Shown: positions 1 through 9,160, counted from the first letter of the stretch. The stretch is 64,000 nt of DNA from an uncultured Bacteroidales bacterium (GCA_964421215.1 CAYQWA010000016.1:16530-80529); one strand, 5' to 3'. Translations and numbers: made by a program. The notes: generated by a model from the sequence alone, not told the origin.

Positions 1-8
1 CCGATTAC

Positions 9-3000
9 ATGGAGGATCTGGATGCAAAAAAGCTGATGTCGGCAAAACAAGGAATAAAGGAATTACCGGTTAACTGGAAATTCGATGACAATCCCAAAAA
101 ATTTCACTTTACTGTTGACAGTATTATAAGGGCCGAACAGGAAAGCCAGGTGATTCTTTTTTGGGATGGCAAACCCCTGGATATTGAATTCAAAGGACAG
201 GACACCATAAAAATACCCTCTTTGGGATCGTTTGAAGTGGCTGATGTCAGTGTAGTTCAGCAACCCGAACAATACGTTCTTATTCATTTTTCGGATCCAA
301 TTAGAGAAGAGCAGAACCTCAAAGGAATTGTCCGCTTTGAAAATGTAGATGACCTGAAATACACTGTTGAAAGTAATGTGGTTAAAGTATTTCCCAAGTC
401 AAGGCTTTTTGGTATTCAAACTTTAAAGATCCATACCGGAATAAAGAATATAGCAGGGTATAAAATGGAAGAGCCCTATTCACTTGAAATGTCATTTGAA
501 GACATTAAACCGGCAGTACGAATGCTTGGTGATGGTGTTATCGTACCCAATTCGGAAGGACTCATATTTCCGTTTGAAGCCGTTAACCTGAAGGCCGTAG
601 ATTTTTTGGTTGTAAAAATATATGAAAACAATATCCAGCAATTTCTGCAACGGAACAGACTGGATGGAACAAACGAGCTGAAAAGAGTTGGCAGGCCTCT
701 TCTTAAAAAACGGATCGACCTCAATGAAAACTCAGCACTTGACCTGGGTCGGTGGAATGCTTTTTCAGTGGACCTTGCGGAATTGATCAAAGATGATCCG
801 GGTGCCATTTACCAGGTGGAATTATCATTCAAGAATTCCTATTCATTGTTCCATTGTACCGGAAGCACAGATAATGCAGATGAAAACCTTGCTTCAATTG
901 AAGTTGAAGAGGAAATAGATGATTCTGAATGGGATTATAATGAATATTATTATTCATACTATTACTACAGACCGCCAGGTTACAGATGGCAGGAGAGAGA
1001 CAATCCATGCCATGTTTCGTATTACAATTCTAACAGATGGGTAAAGCGAAACGTACTTGCCTCAAATCTTGGTATTATTGCCAAAGAAGGTAACGACCGA
1101 AGTTTAACTGTGGCTGTGTCCGACCTTCTGACCACCGAACCTCAGGCAGGAGTAGAGGTGGACTTGTTTAACTACCAGCAGCAGGTCATCGATAACTCAA
1201 GGACCGATGTAAATGGTTTTACACGTTTTCAGCTGGAAAAAAAGCCTTTTTTACTGGTTGCCTCCAAAGGAAGTGAACGTGGGTATTTACGACTGGATGA
1301 TGGCAGTTCTTTATCACTTAGCATGTTTGAAGTTAATGGAGAGGTGGTTAATAAAGGGATCAAAGGGTTTCTTTATGGAGAACGGGGTGTCTGGAGACCG
1401 GGTGATACATTGTATTTGAATTTTATTCTCGAGGATGAGAACAACGTATTGCCGGAAAACCATCCGGTTACCTTTGAACTGAATAATCCTCAGGGACAAT
1501 TGGTCAAAAGAATTGTTAAAACCAGCGGGATAAACGGATTTTACAATTTCACCACAAAAACAAGTGCGGATGCACCAACCGGAATGTGGGGTGCTACAGT
1601 AAATGTTGGCGGCAGCAGGTTTTATAAAAACATCCGAATAGAAACAGTAAAACCCAACCGGCTGAAGCTGAATCTTGAATATGACGCCGAAATTCTTTCT
1701 GCGGAAGACGAAGAAGAATACGGATCATTAAAAGTTAAGTGGTTGCACGGAGCAACGGCAAGGAACCTGAAAGCCAATGTGACAGTAACATTAAATACAA
1801 CAAGAACAAAATTCGATAACTTCAAGGATTACGTTTTTGAAGACAGGACAAAGAAGTTTTACTCGGAAGATAAAGTGATATTCGATGATCGGGTAAGTGC
1901 AATGGGGGAGGCAAAAGTAAAATCCAACCTTGGGAGTTATTCCAATGCACCGGGTATGCTAAAAGCAAACTTTATGGTCAGGGCTTTTGAAGAGGGAGGT
2001 GATTTTAGCACTGATTTTTTCTCTAAGAATTATGCACCATATGAACGGTTTGTAGGAATGAAGTTACCTAAAACAGGGAATTATGGAGATGAGTACATTA
2101 CTGATTCGGTTTATACTGCAGAGGTTGTTACTGTCGATAAAAACGGTAATTCGGTGGATGTAGATAAACTGGAAGTAACTGTTGTTAAAATGTACTGGAG
2201 ATGGTGGTGGGATGTTTCCTATGAAAATATCGGAAATTATGTTCGGAAGTATTACAATGACATCATATCCACACAGGAGATCAAAACCAGAAATGGCAAA
2301 GGGAAATTTGATTTTAAAGTTGAATATCCCGACTGGGGCCGCTATTTGGTTCATATTGTTGATCCGGATGGTGAGCACAGCTCCTCACAAATTATTTATG
2401 TGGACTGGCCTTCCTGGGTTAGCAGAGACAACCGCAGTCAACCTGACGGAGCTAAAGTGATCGGTATCAATACCGATAAAGACAGCTATGAAGTGGGGGA
2501 TAAGGCAGTTGTTACTTTTCCTGTTTCCGGAGAGGGCAGGGCGCTTTTAAGCATTGAGAACGGATCTGGTGTGCTGGATGCATACTGGGTTGAACCAAAA
2601 ACTGATGACAAGGAGGCGAGTATCACTTTTGAAGTTACAGACAAAATGTGTCCTAATATTTATGTTCACATTACTTATATACAACCCCATGCGCAAACGG
2701 CAAATGATCTTCCCATCAGGTTGTATGGTGTAAAACCGGTGGAGGTTAAAGATCCTGAAACAATACTGTATCCTGTAATAACAATGGAGGATGAACTTCA
2801 ACCGGAAAATGAGTTTACCGTACGTATTTCAGAAAAGAACAACAAAAAGATGACCTATACACTGGCAGTGGTAGATGACGGATTGCTTGATCTGACTCGT
2901 TTTAAAACTCCGGATCCATGGAAGAAGTTTTATGCAAAGGAAGCGCTGGGAGTTAAAACATGGGACATTTATGATCATGTACTGGGAGCATATGGTGGCA

Positions 3001-5093
3001 AAATGGAACAATTGTTTGCCATTGGTGGAGATGGAGAGGATGAAGTTGGTAAATCAGAAGCAAAGGCAAACCGGTTTAAGCCGGTCGTGATGTTCCTGGG
3101 TCCTTTTGAGCTGGATGGTAAATCACAAACACATACACTCAAAATGCCTCGGTATGTTGGATCGGTAAGGACCATGGTAATTGCAGGAAACAAAAGTGCC
3201 TATGGCCATGCCCAGAAGACCACTCCTGTGAAGAATCCGCTGATGATCCTGGGAACCCTTCCACGTGTACTTGGCCCGGGTGAATCAGTAAAACTTCCCA
3301 TCACTGTGTTTGCCATGGATGATAAAGTAAAAAAGGTAAAGGTTGAGGTACAGGTCAACGATATATTAAGTTTTAATGGGGTTTCAACTCAATACCTGAC
3401 TTTCAATAATACAGGCGACCAGGTCATCAATTTTGATCTCAAAGTAGCCGAAAAGATTGGAATTGGAAAAGTTAGTATTGTTGCTACCAGCGGAAGTGAA
3501 AAGGCCACTTTCGACATTGAACTGGATGTGAGAAATCCAAATCCTGTGGTGGCAAACTACCATGAAACCATAATTGATCCCGGAAAATCATGGGAGGTTG
3601 AATATGAGCCGGTAGGAATGGAAGGTACCAATGAAGGTTTACTGGAGATATCCAATATACCACCGGTTGACTTTGGTAAAAGGCTGAAGTACCTCATCAG
3701 GTATCCATATGGTTGTTCGGAACAAACGACTTCGTCGGCATTTCCACAATTATTTCTTGAAGATATTATGGAAATGGACCACCGGCTTAAGGATTTTACC
3801 AGTAAGAACATTAGGGCTGCCATTGAACGCTTGTCATTAATGCAAAAATCCAACGGTGGATTTCGATACTGGCCATCAGCAGTAGAAGCCCATGATTGGG
3901 TTTCGAGTTATGTAGGACATTTTATGCTTGAAGCTGAAGCCAAGGGGTATTCACTTCCTCCAGGTTTTAAAAAGAAATGGATCAAATACCAGCAGAGGGC
4001 AGCCAAAAACTGGACCCATTACAGCAAGGACCATTACAGGTATTATCATTATTATCATCTGATGCAGGCTTACAGGTTGTATACACTGGCACTGGCTGGC
4101 TCTCCCGACTTTAGCAGCATGAACAGATTCAGGCAACTATCCGGATTAAATACCCTGGCAAAGTGGAGACTAGCAGCCGCTTATGCCCTGGCAGGAAAAC
4201 CTGAAATTGCAAAAGAGATAACAGCTAACCTTGATTTTCAAACAAACGAATTTGACAGGATGAACCGTTCATTCGGATCCTCAGTCAGGGATAAAGCCAT
4301 GATCCTTGAAACTCTCGTTGTTATGAATGAAAGGGAAAAAGCTACACCCCTTGTCCTGGAATTATCAAAAAGGATAAGCAGTGGGTATTGGTACAGCACG
4401 CAATCCACGGCATTCTCACTTGTTGCCCTGGCAAAATTTGCCGGTGATAGAGAGCTTGTGGATGATCAGATGTTTTTTGATTTTAACATCAACGACATCA
4501 ATAAAGGATCGAAAAGAACAGAGTTGCCGCTGAGTCAATATCCTGTTGAGATTCCCGGCACTGAGGGAGGGAATGTTTCAGTGAAAAACAAGGGTGAGTC
4601 CATTATTTATGCACGCCTTATGCTGGAAGGAATTCCTGTTGCCGGAGAGGAAACTGCCGAAGAAAGCAAGCTGCGGATTATTGTCACTTACAAAACTTTG
4701 GCAGGTAAGATCCTGGAACCGGATAAAATAGAGCAGGGAACCGATTTTATTGCTGAAGTGACAGTAAAGAACTCAATGATCTATGGAAATTATTCAAACA
4801 TGGCACTTACCCAGATCTTCCCGTCTGGTTGGGAAATAATTAATACACGGCTTGCCGGCTATGAGCTCGCTAAAGAAACTGACCGGCCGAGCTACAGAGA
4901 CATTCGGGATGACAGGGTATATACCCATTTTGGAATAGGTTCCCAAACCCGAAAATATACAGTAATGCTACATGCAGCCTACCAGGGGCGTTTTTACCTG
5001 CCAGCTGTTTCTTGCGAAGCCATGTATGATAACACTGTTTATGCAAGGATTCCTGGTAGGTGGGTTGAGGTGGTGGAGCCGGGGGTGGAATAG
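9..5093 (+). CDS. Bacterial alpha-2-macroglobulin (YfhM/MG2 family), 5' end probably outside the window
   Basis: 1694 aa ORF with thioester motif YPYGCSEQ, ERGVWRPGD MG2 motif and C-terminal DIRDDRV...AVSCEAMYD. Directly followed by pbpC, the canonical pairing. Frame is open to the window edge and no signal peptide is seen. Confidence 0.95.
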   Translation: MEDLDAKKLMSAKQGIKELPVNWKFDDNPKKFHFTVDSIIRAEQESQVILFWDGKPLDIEFKGQDTIKIPSLGSFEVADVSVVQQPEQYVLIHFSDPIREEQNLKGIVRFENVDDLKYTVESNVVKVFPKSRLFGIQTLKIHTGIKNIAGYKMEEPYSLEMSFEDIKPAVRMLGDGVIVPNSEGLIFPFEAVNLKAVDFLVVKIYENNIQQFLQRNRLDGTNELKRVGRPLLKKRIDLNENSALDLGRWNAFSVDLAELIKDDPGAIYQVELSFKNSYSLFHCTGSTDNADENLASIEVEEEIDDSEWDYNEYYYSYYYYRPPGYRWQERDNPCHVSYYNSNRWVKRNVLASNLGIIAKEGNDRSLTVAVSDLLTTEPQAGVEVDLFNYQQQVIDNSRTDVNGFTRFQLEKKPFLLVASKGSERGYLRLDDGSSLSLSMFEVNGEVVNKGIKGFLYGERGVWRPGDTLYLNFILEDENNVLPENHPVTFELNNPQGQLVKRIVKTSGINGFYNFTTKTSADAPTGMWGATVNVGGSRFYKNIRIETVKPNRLKLNLEYDAEILSAEDEEEYGSLKVKWLHGATARNLKANVTVTLNTTRTKFDNFKDYVFEDRTKKFYSEDKVIFDDRVSAMGEAKVKSNLGSYSNAPGMLKANFMVRAFEEGGDFSTDFFSKNYAPYERFVGMKLPKTGNYGDEYITDSVYTAEVVTVDKNGNSVDVDKLEVTVVKMYWRWWWDVSYENIGNYVRKYYNDIISTQEIKTRNGKGKFDFKVEYPDWGRYLVHIVDPDGEHSSSQIIYVDWPSWVSRDNRSQPDGAKVIGINTDKDSYEVGDKAVVTFPVSGEGRALLSIENGSGVLDAYWVEPKTDDKEASITFEVTDKMCPNIYVHITYIQPHAQTANDLPIRLYGVKPVEVKDPETILYPVITMEDELQPENEFTVRISEKNNKKMTYTLAVVDDGLLDLTRFKTPDPWKKFYAKEALGVKTWDIYDHVLGAYGGKMEQLFAIGGDGEDEVGKSEAKANRFKPVVMFLGPFELDGKSQTHTLKMPRYVGSVRTMVIAGNKSAYGHAQKTTPVKNPLMILGTLPRVLGPGESVKLPITVFAMDDKVKKVKVEVQVNDILSFNGVSTQYLTFNNTGDQVINFDLKVAEKIGIGKVSIVATSGSEKATFDIELDVRNPNPVVANYHETIIDPGKSWEVEYEPVGMEGTNEGLLEISNIPPVDFGKRLKYLIRYPYGCSEQTTSSAFPQLFLEDIMEMDHRLKDFTSKNIRAAIERLSLMQKSNGGFRYWPSAVEAHDWVSSYVGHFMLEAEAKGYSLPPGFKKKWIKYQQRAAKNWTHYSKDHYRYYHYYHLMQAYRLYTLALAGSPDFSSMNRFRQLSGLNTLAKWRLAAAYALAGKPEIAKEITANLDFQTNEFDRMNRSFGSSVRDKAMILETLVVMNEREKATPLVLELSKRISSGYWYSTQSTAFSLVALAKFAGDRELVDDQMFFDFNINDINKGSKRTELPLSQYPVEIPGTEGGNVSVKNKGESIIYARLMLEGIPVAGEETAEESKLRIIVTYKTLAGKILEPDKIEQGTDFIAEVTVKNSMIYGNYSNMALTQIFPSGWEIINTRLAGYELAKETDRPSYRDIRDDRVYTHFGIGSQTRKYTVMLHAAYQGRFYLPAVSCEAMYDNTVYARIPGRWVEVVEPGVE

Positions 5094-5094
5094 A

Positions 5095-5118
5095 TGGAAG
5101 ACGGAAGACGGAAGACAG
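5095..5118. repeat. Heptamer tandem repeat (GACGGAA-like, x3)
   Basis: atggaag acggaag acggaag aca between the A2M stop and the pbpC start. Confidence 0.6.
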
Positions 5119-5136
5119 TAGATTGAGAAAATCAGA

Positions 5137-7503
5137 ATGAGAATGAGAATTAAACATAGGAAACTTAAGCTATTCGGGGTGGTAATGCTTACTGTCCTGG
5201 GGATAGCTTTTTATTTCTCCCTGCCGGATCCTCTATTCTCTGATCCAACATCAACAGTTCTTGAAGACCGGAATGGACTTTTGCTTGGTGCTATGATTGC
5301 AGAAGACGGACAATGGCGATTCCCTTCATCCCAAAACATTCCTGAAAACTATAAAACTGCAGTACTGGAGTTTGAGGACAGGTACTTCTACAAACATCCT
5401 GGTGTAAACTTATTTTCCCTGCTCAGAGCTATTAAACAGAATATCAAAAATGGTGAAATTGTCAGTGGTGGAAGCACCCTTACTATGCAAACCATAAGGT
5501 TGTCAAGAAAAGGAAAGCCACGGACCATTAGAGAAAAATTGATTGAAATAGCAATGGCTTTGCGGCTTGAACTTTCATTGTCGAAAAGTGAGATCTTTGT
5601 GCTATATGCTTCACATGCTCCTTTTGGAGGTAATGTTGTTGGACTCGAGGCTGCTTCATGGAGATATTTTGGTAGACCCGCCCATGACCTGTCCTGGGCT
5701 GAAGCAGCTACTCTTGCCGTATTGCCGAATGCTCCTTCACTAATACATCCCGGAAGAAACCAGGAAAGCTTATTGAAGAAAAGGAATCTGCTTTTGAACA
5801 GGCTGAATGAGAAATCCTTTATTGATGATATTACCCTTGAACTTGCCCTGGAGGAGCCTCTGCCCGGGAAACCATTACCATTGGGACAAAGTGCCCCTCA
5901 TTTGCTTGCCAGGGTTTACCAGGATTCAAGAGGAGAAAAACAAAAAACTACCCTTGATTATTTCCTGCAAAAGAATGTGACGGAAGTGGTACAAAAACAC
6001 CACAATGTATTAAAGCACAATGAAGTGTATAACGCTGCAGCCCTGGTAGTTAAAGTGGGAAGTGGCGAAGTACTTGCATACATTGGAAATACAAATGCGC
6101 ACAGTAAAGCTGATCATGGATGTGATGTGGATATAATTCCTGCCCGCCGTAGTACAGGAAGTATTTTAAAACCCTTGTTATATGCTGCAATGCTGGATGA
6201 GGGACTGATACTCCCTAAAACATTAATCCATGATGTACCGACAAATTATGGCAGTTTTACGCCGATGAATTTTGATCGCAAATATGCAGGTGTTGTTCCG
6301 GCAGACAAAGCCCTGTACAGGTCCTTGAATGTTCCTGCAGTAAAAATGCTTCAAAGCTATGGAGTGCCTGCGTTCCATGATCTGTTAAAAAACATTGGGA
6401 TGACCACCCTGAATAGATCATCTGACCATTATGGGCTATCGCTAATACTGGGAGGAGCCGAAACAACGATGTGGGACCTTGCCTCCATTTATGGCAGTTT
6501 TAGCAGGACTTTAACCAACTTTTATGACAACAGCAGCCAATATGATGAAGCCGACTGGCATCCTCCTTATTATCTTTATGATACTGGTAAGGTTATTGAG
6601 CCTACGGTTAATTTAAAGAAACACTATAACCTGGGTGCATCATCCATTTGGTTCGCATATGAAGCCATGCGACAGGTAAACCGGCCTGAAGAATTGACTG
6701 GATGGGAAGTGTTTTCTTCATCTCAAAAAATTGCCTGGAAGACCGGCACCAGTTTTGGATTTCGTGATGCCTGGGCTGTTGGGACTTCTAAAGAATATGT
6801 TGTCGTTGTGTGGGTTGGAAATGCCGATGGAGAAGGTCGTCCCGGATTAACAGGAGTACAGTGTGCTGCACCCATTTTGTTTGATGTGTTTAATCTTTTG
6901 CCGGAATCAGATTGGTTTGATCCACCCTATGATGAGCTTACTGAAGCGGCGATATGCAAAAATAGCGGACACCGGGCAGGCATGTATTGCACTGAAATTG
7001 ATACCATGTATGTTCCGCAGGCAGGAATAAATGTAGAAAGTTGCCCCTATCATGAACTGGTTCATTTGGATAGTACAGGTACCTACAGAGTAGACGGACA
7101 GTGTTATGATCCGGCTTCAATGATCCATACGGGCTGGTTTGTGTTACCGCCGGTAATGGAATGGTATTACAAACAAAGCAATCCTTACTATAAAAGTCTG
7201 CCTGTGTTTTCACCAGAGTGTATGGCTACACTGTCATCACCTATGGAATTTATTTACCCGAGGGAAAGATCCAGGTTCTTTATTCCTGTTAACTTGGATA
7301 GATCCGAGGAAAGTATAGTATTTGAAATAGCCCATCATGATGAATCTGCCACAATTTACTGGCATATGAATGAGAAATACTTGGGGACAACCAAACGAAA
7401 TCACCAGATCGCCATCCATCCTGAAGCAGGGAAATATCTAATTACTGCAGTTGATAATGGAGGGAATTCCATTTCGAGGCAAATTGAAATCCTTTCCAAT
7501 TAA
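5137..7503 (+). CDS. pbpC: Penicillin-binding protein 1C
   Basis: N-terminal TM, transglycosylase motifs EDRYFYKHPG and GGSTLTMQ, transpeptidase motifs SILK, SLN and KTGT, C-terminal PBP1C domain; adjacent to A2M. Confidence 0.95.
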   Translation: MRMRIKHRKLKLFGVVMLTVLGIAFYFSLPDPLFSDPTSTVLEDRNGLLLGAMIAEDGQWRFPSSQNIPENYKTAVLEFEDRYFYKHPGVNLFSLLRAIKQNIKNGEIVSGGSTLTMQTIRLSRKGKPRTIREKLIEIAMALRLELSLSKSEIFVLYASHAPFGGNVVGLEAASWRYFGRPAHDLSWAEAATLAVLPNAPSLIHPGRNQESLLKKRNLLLNRLNEKSFIDDITLELALEEPLPGKPLPLGQSAPHLLARVYQDSRGEKQKTTLDYFLQKNVTEVVQKHHNVLKHNEVYNAAALVVKVGSGEVLAYIGNTNAHSKADHGCDVDIIPARRSTGSILKPLLYAAMLDEGLILPKTLIHDVPTNYGSFTPMNFDRKYAGVVPADKALYRSLNVPAVKMLQSYGVPAFHDLLKNIGMTTLNRSSDHYGLSLILGGAETTMWDLASIYGSFSRTLTNFYDNSSQYDEADWHPPYYLYDTGKVIEPTVNLKKHYNLGASSIWFAYEAMRQVNRPEELTGWEVFSSSQKIAWKTGTSFGFRDAWAVGTSKEYVVVVWVGNADGEGRPGLTGVQCAAPILFDVFNLLPESDWFDPPYDELTEAAICKNSGHRAGMYCTEIDTMYVPQAGINVESCPYHELVHLDSTGTYRVDGQCYDPASMIHTGWFVLPPVMEWYYKQSNPYYKSLPVFSPECMATLSSPMEFIYPRERSRFFIPVNLDRSEESIVFEIAHHDESATIYWHMNEKYLGTTKRNHQIAIHPEAGKYLITAVDNGGNSISRQIEILSN

Positions 7504-7516
7504 AGCTTCCAGAGCA

Positions 7517-7560
7517 TTACTAACAATTGTTAATAACTCCTGTGGAAAACATGTGTATAT
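7517..7560. promoter_or_regulatory. Cluster of four DnaA-box-like 9-mers
   Basis: TTACTAACA 7517-7525, TGTTAATAA 7528-7536, TGTGGAAAA 7541-7549 and TGTGTATAT 7552-7560, compared with consensus TGTGGATAA/TTATCCACA. Confidence 0.5.
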
Positions 7561-7576
7561 CTACATACTTCTTTTA

Positions 7577-7609
7577 CTTGACAAGCGGACGTGTTTTGAC
7601 CTACTTTTG
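7577..7609 (+). promoter_or_regulatory. Bacteroidota sigma-A promoter for the large ncRNA
   Basis: -7 box TACTTTTG 7602-7609 (TAnnTTTG consensus) and -33-like CTTG 7577-7580, with a 21 nt spacer. Confidence 0.75.
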
Positions 7610-7614
7610 TTTAT

Positions 7615-8146
7615 ACCAGGCGAGAGATAAAAGATTAGCTTGGAACGTCAGGGATCAGGGAACAGGAAGCTCTTCGGAGCGGAAAGGAAAATGATCCGGG
7701 GAAATGAAAGGACGGGCATTAGGTTGTCGGCCGGGAATTAACCCGCCTTGAAATCAAGTGGTTCGAAAATGAAAAACCTGCAAAGGTTTGGAAGAGACGA
7801 TTCAGACATGCGGAGCCAATCCTGAGCAATTGGGAGGAAGCAAAACAAGTCAGCTTGAAAGGGCCAGAGAACAGGTCTATTAAACCGGTAACGGATTAAA
7901 GAACAGTTTTGAACTGAAAAATAGCTACCGTAAGGAAATTATATTTCAGGGAACGTGAAAAGTGATGGAATGGATGAAGAGAATCGGCAACGGTAATCGG
8001 AAACCAATCCGGACTCTGGAAGGAGAAAGCCGCAAGGCGATCACACGAAAGAGCGGTCATAATAACTGTAACCTGGCACTAACCAACCACTACGGTGATG
8101 GCATAGTGAACGGGGGTCAAATCGTCAAGATTTGGCTCCCGTTTTG
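7615..8146 (+). ncRNA. Candidate large structured noncoding RNA (~530 nt), family unassigned
   Basis: Own promoter and terminator. Hairpins capped by UUCG (7673), UACG (8091) and GNRA loops (7780, 7857, 7888, 7930, 7987, 8018, 8032, 8047). Nested long-range helices. No credible ORF. Confidence 0.75.
8109..8146 (+). terminator. Intrinsic terminator-like hairpin ending the large RNA
   Basis: 15 bp stem AACGGGGGTCAAATC/GATTTGGCTCCCGTT (2 G-U pairs, favouring the + strand) followed by a short T run. Confidence 0.65.
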
Positions 8147-8163
8147 GATTTAAATGAGACTAC

Positions 8164-8302
8164 AATTATACAAGCCGCAGGCGCAGTAGAATGGTATAGT
8201 CGAATTTACCCTGAAGTATATTAACTTCAGGGTCCCACCCACATAGGACTCCCACACGTTAATGAATGCCTCAGATACTGTAACCGCACCGTTTGAATAA
8301 TC
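8164..8302 (-). ncRNA. Candidate rod-shaped small RNA, possibly 6S-like
   Basis: On the minus strand the ends pair (AUUAU/AUAAU, CAA/UUG, GCGG/CUGC, CAGUA/UACUG), with an internal bubble and an apical 10 bp hairpin at 8208-8233. G-U asymmetry favours the minus strand. Confidence 0.4.
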
Positions 8303-8400
8303 TTGACTATCAAATTGCCAACAGCTAACAATTAACATTTAACTATTAACTGTTGAAAGTCATAAAGCCTAAAATTCTGGACAATGTTTCAATCAAAGTC

Positions 8401-9066
8401 TTACCCCTGACGACTAACCATTTCCTCAATCCAGATAGGTGCAAATGGAGAGGTGCATCCTTTTGACACAGGATAATCACTGTAGATCCCTAATTTTTCT
8501 CCAATAGCCACAGCACGTTCACGGTATTCAGGGAAATGTATACCGATATAGGCCAGCGCAAAGTTCATGGTCCATTGAACCTCAGGAGCAGCATTTCCCA
8601 TTTCACCCTCTATCCGGGATAACAGAGCCGGCAAATTAAGACCTTCTGAGTTTTTTACTATCCTATCAGCAGTTAAACTCCATCCACAACGGGCTGCCAT
8701 AGGATGATCCGAACTGAGCCATTCCAAACGCATTTTTTCCTTTTCCGGGTGGTGATTAATTACATAAGAGTTCATCCAGTCGGCTACCCTTACAAACTCC
8801 ATTGACCGAACTATTTGATCAAGTTGATCTGTTGATAATAAATTGGGCTTCATTAATAAAATGGCTAAAAATCGAGCATCAACATTCCCGGTTTCCCAAA
8901 GGGATAAAGCCAGGTCATGGTTGGTTTTAATCTTTTTCGCTAATTTTCTTAAATCGCCCAGTTTTACTCCATATTGATTATCTCCGGCACCGGCTTTAGT
9001 ATTTTGTTTTCGTACTTTTTCGCTTCCAAGTGCTTCAAGTTCAATTAGTATTTCTTTAAGAGTCAT
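8401..9066 (-). CDS. DNA alkylation repair protein (AlkD-like HEAT-repeat family)
   Basis: YGVKLGDLRKLAKKIK...LWETGNVDAR and C-terminal KGCTSPFAPIWI typical of the family; promoter TAATTTTG at 9152-9159 (-). Confidence 0.85.
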   Translation of the reverse strand: MTLKEILIELEALGSEKVRKQNTKAGAGDNQYGVKLGDLRKLAKKIKTNHDLALSLWETGNVDARFLAILLMKPNLLSTDQLDQIVRSMEFVRVADWMNSYVINHHPEKEKMRLEWLSSDHPMAARCGWSLTADRIVKNSEGLNLPALLSRIEGEMGNAAPEVQWTMNFALAYIGIHFPEYRERAVAIGEKLGIYSDYPVSKGCTSPFAPIWIEEMVSRQG

Positions 9067-9160
9067 AATTGTGAGTTTAAATTGAAGTAAATTATTAAAA
9101 GTCTTCTAAACCAACCTGTTTTTCTAATTTCTAAGTACTATCTACTAAGTACAAAATTAA

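Noticed and set aside
9-7503. A2M-pbpC pair as a novel system
   Set aside because: Well-described conserved gene pair with an intact CxEQ thioester motif
7504-7610. Chromosomal origin (oriC)
   Set aside because: Only four degenerate boxes, no clear DUE or DnaA-trio run, and no origin-linked genes; cannot be called without genome-wide skew
7615-8146. RNase P RNA, tmRNA, SRP RNA or group II intron identity for the large RNA
   Set aside because: No GAGGAAAGUCC/P4 motif, no tRNA-like ends or tag ORF, no SRP domain IV within a short rod, no GUGYG start or domain V
7653-8202. Group I intron: P-like ATCAGGGAAC, Q-like CAATCCTGAGC (7817), R-like GAGACTA (8156), S-like GGTATAGTCG (8193)
   Set aside because: The P7 terminal pair would be G-G, and no P3 or P6 partner strands can be found. 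A terminator lies between Q and R, there is no interrupted host gene, and the segments are better explained by local hairpins and the minus-strand rod. A cmscan with group I models would settle it.
7962-8338. ORFs 7962-8153 (+) and 8150-8338 (-) as proteins
   Set aside because: Short, no motif, and both run through tetraloop hairpins or the terminator; the RNA interpretation fits better
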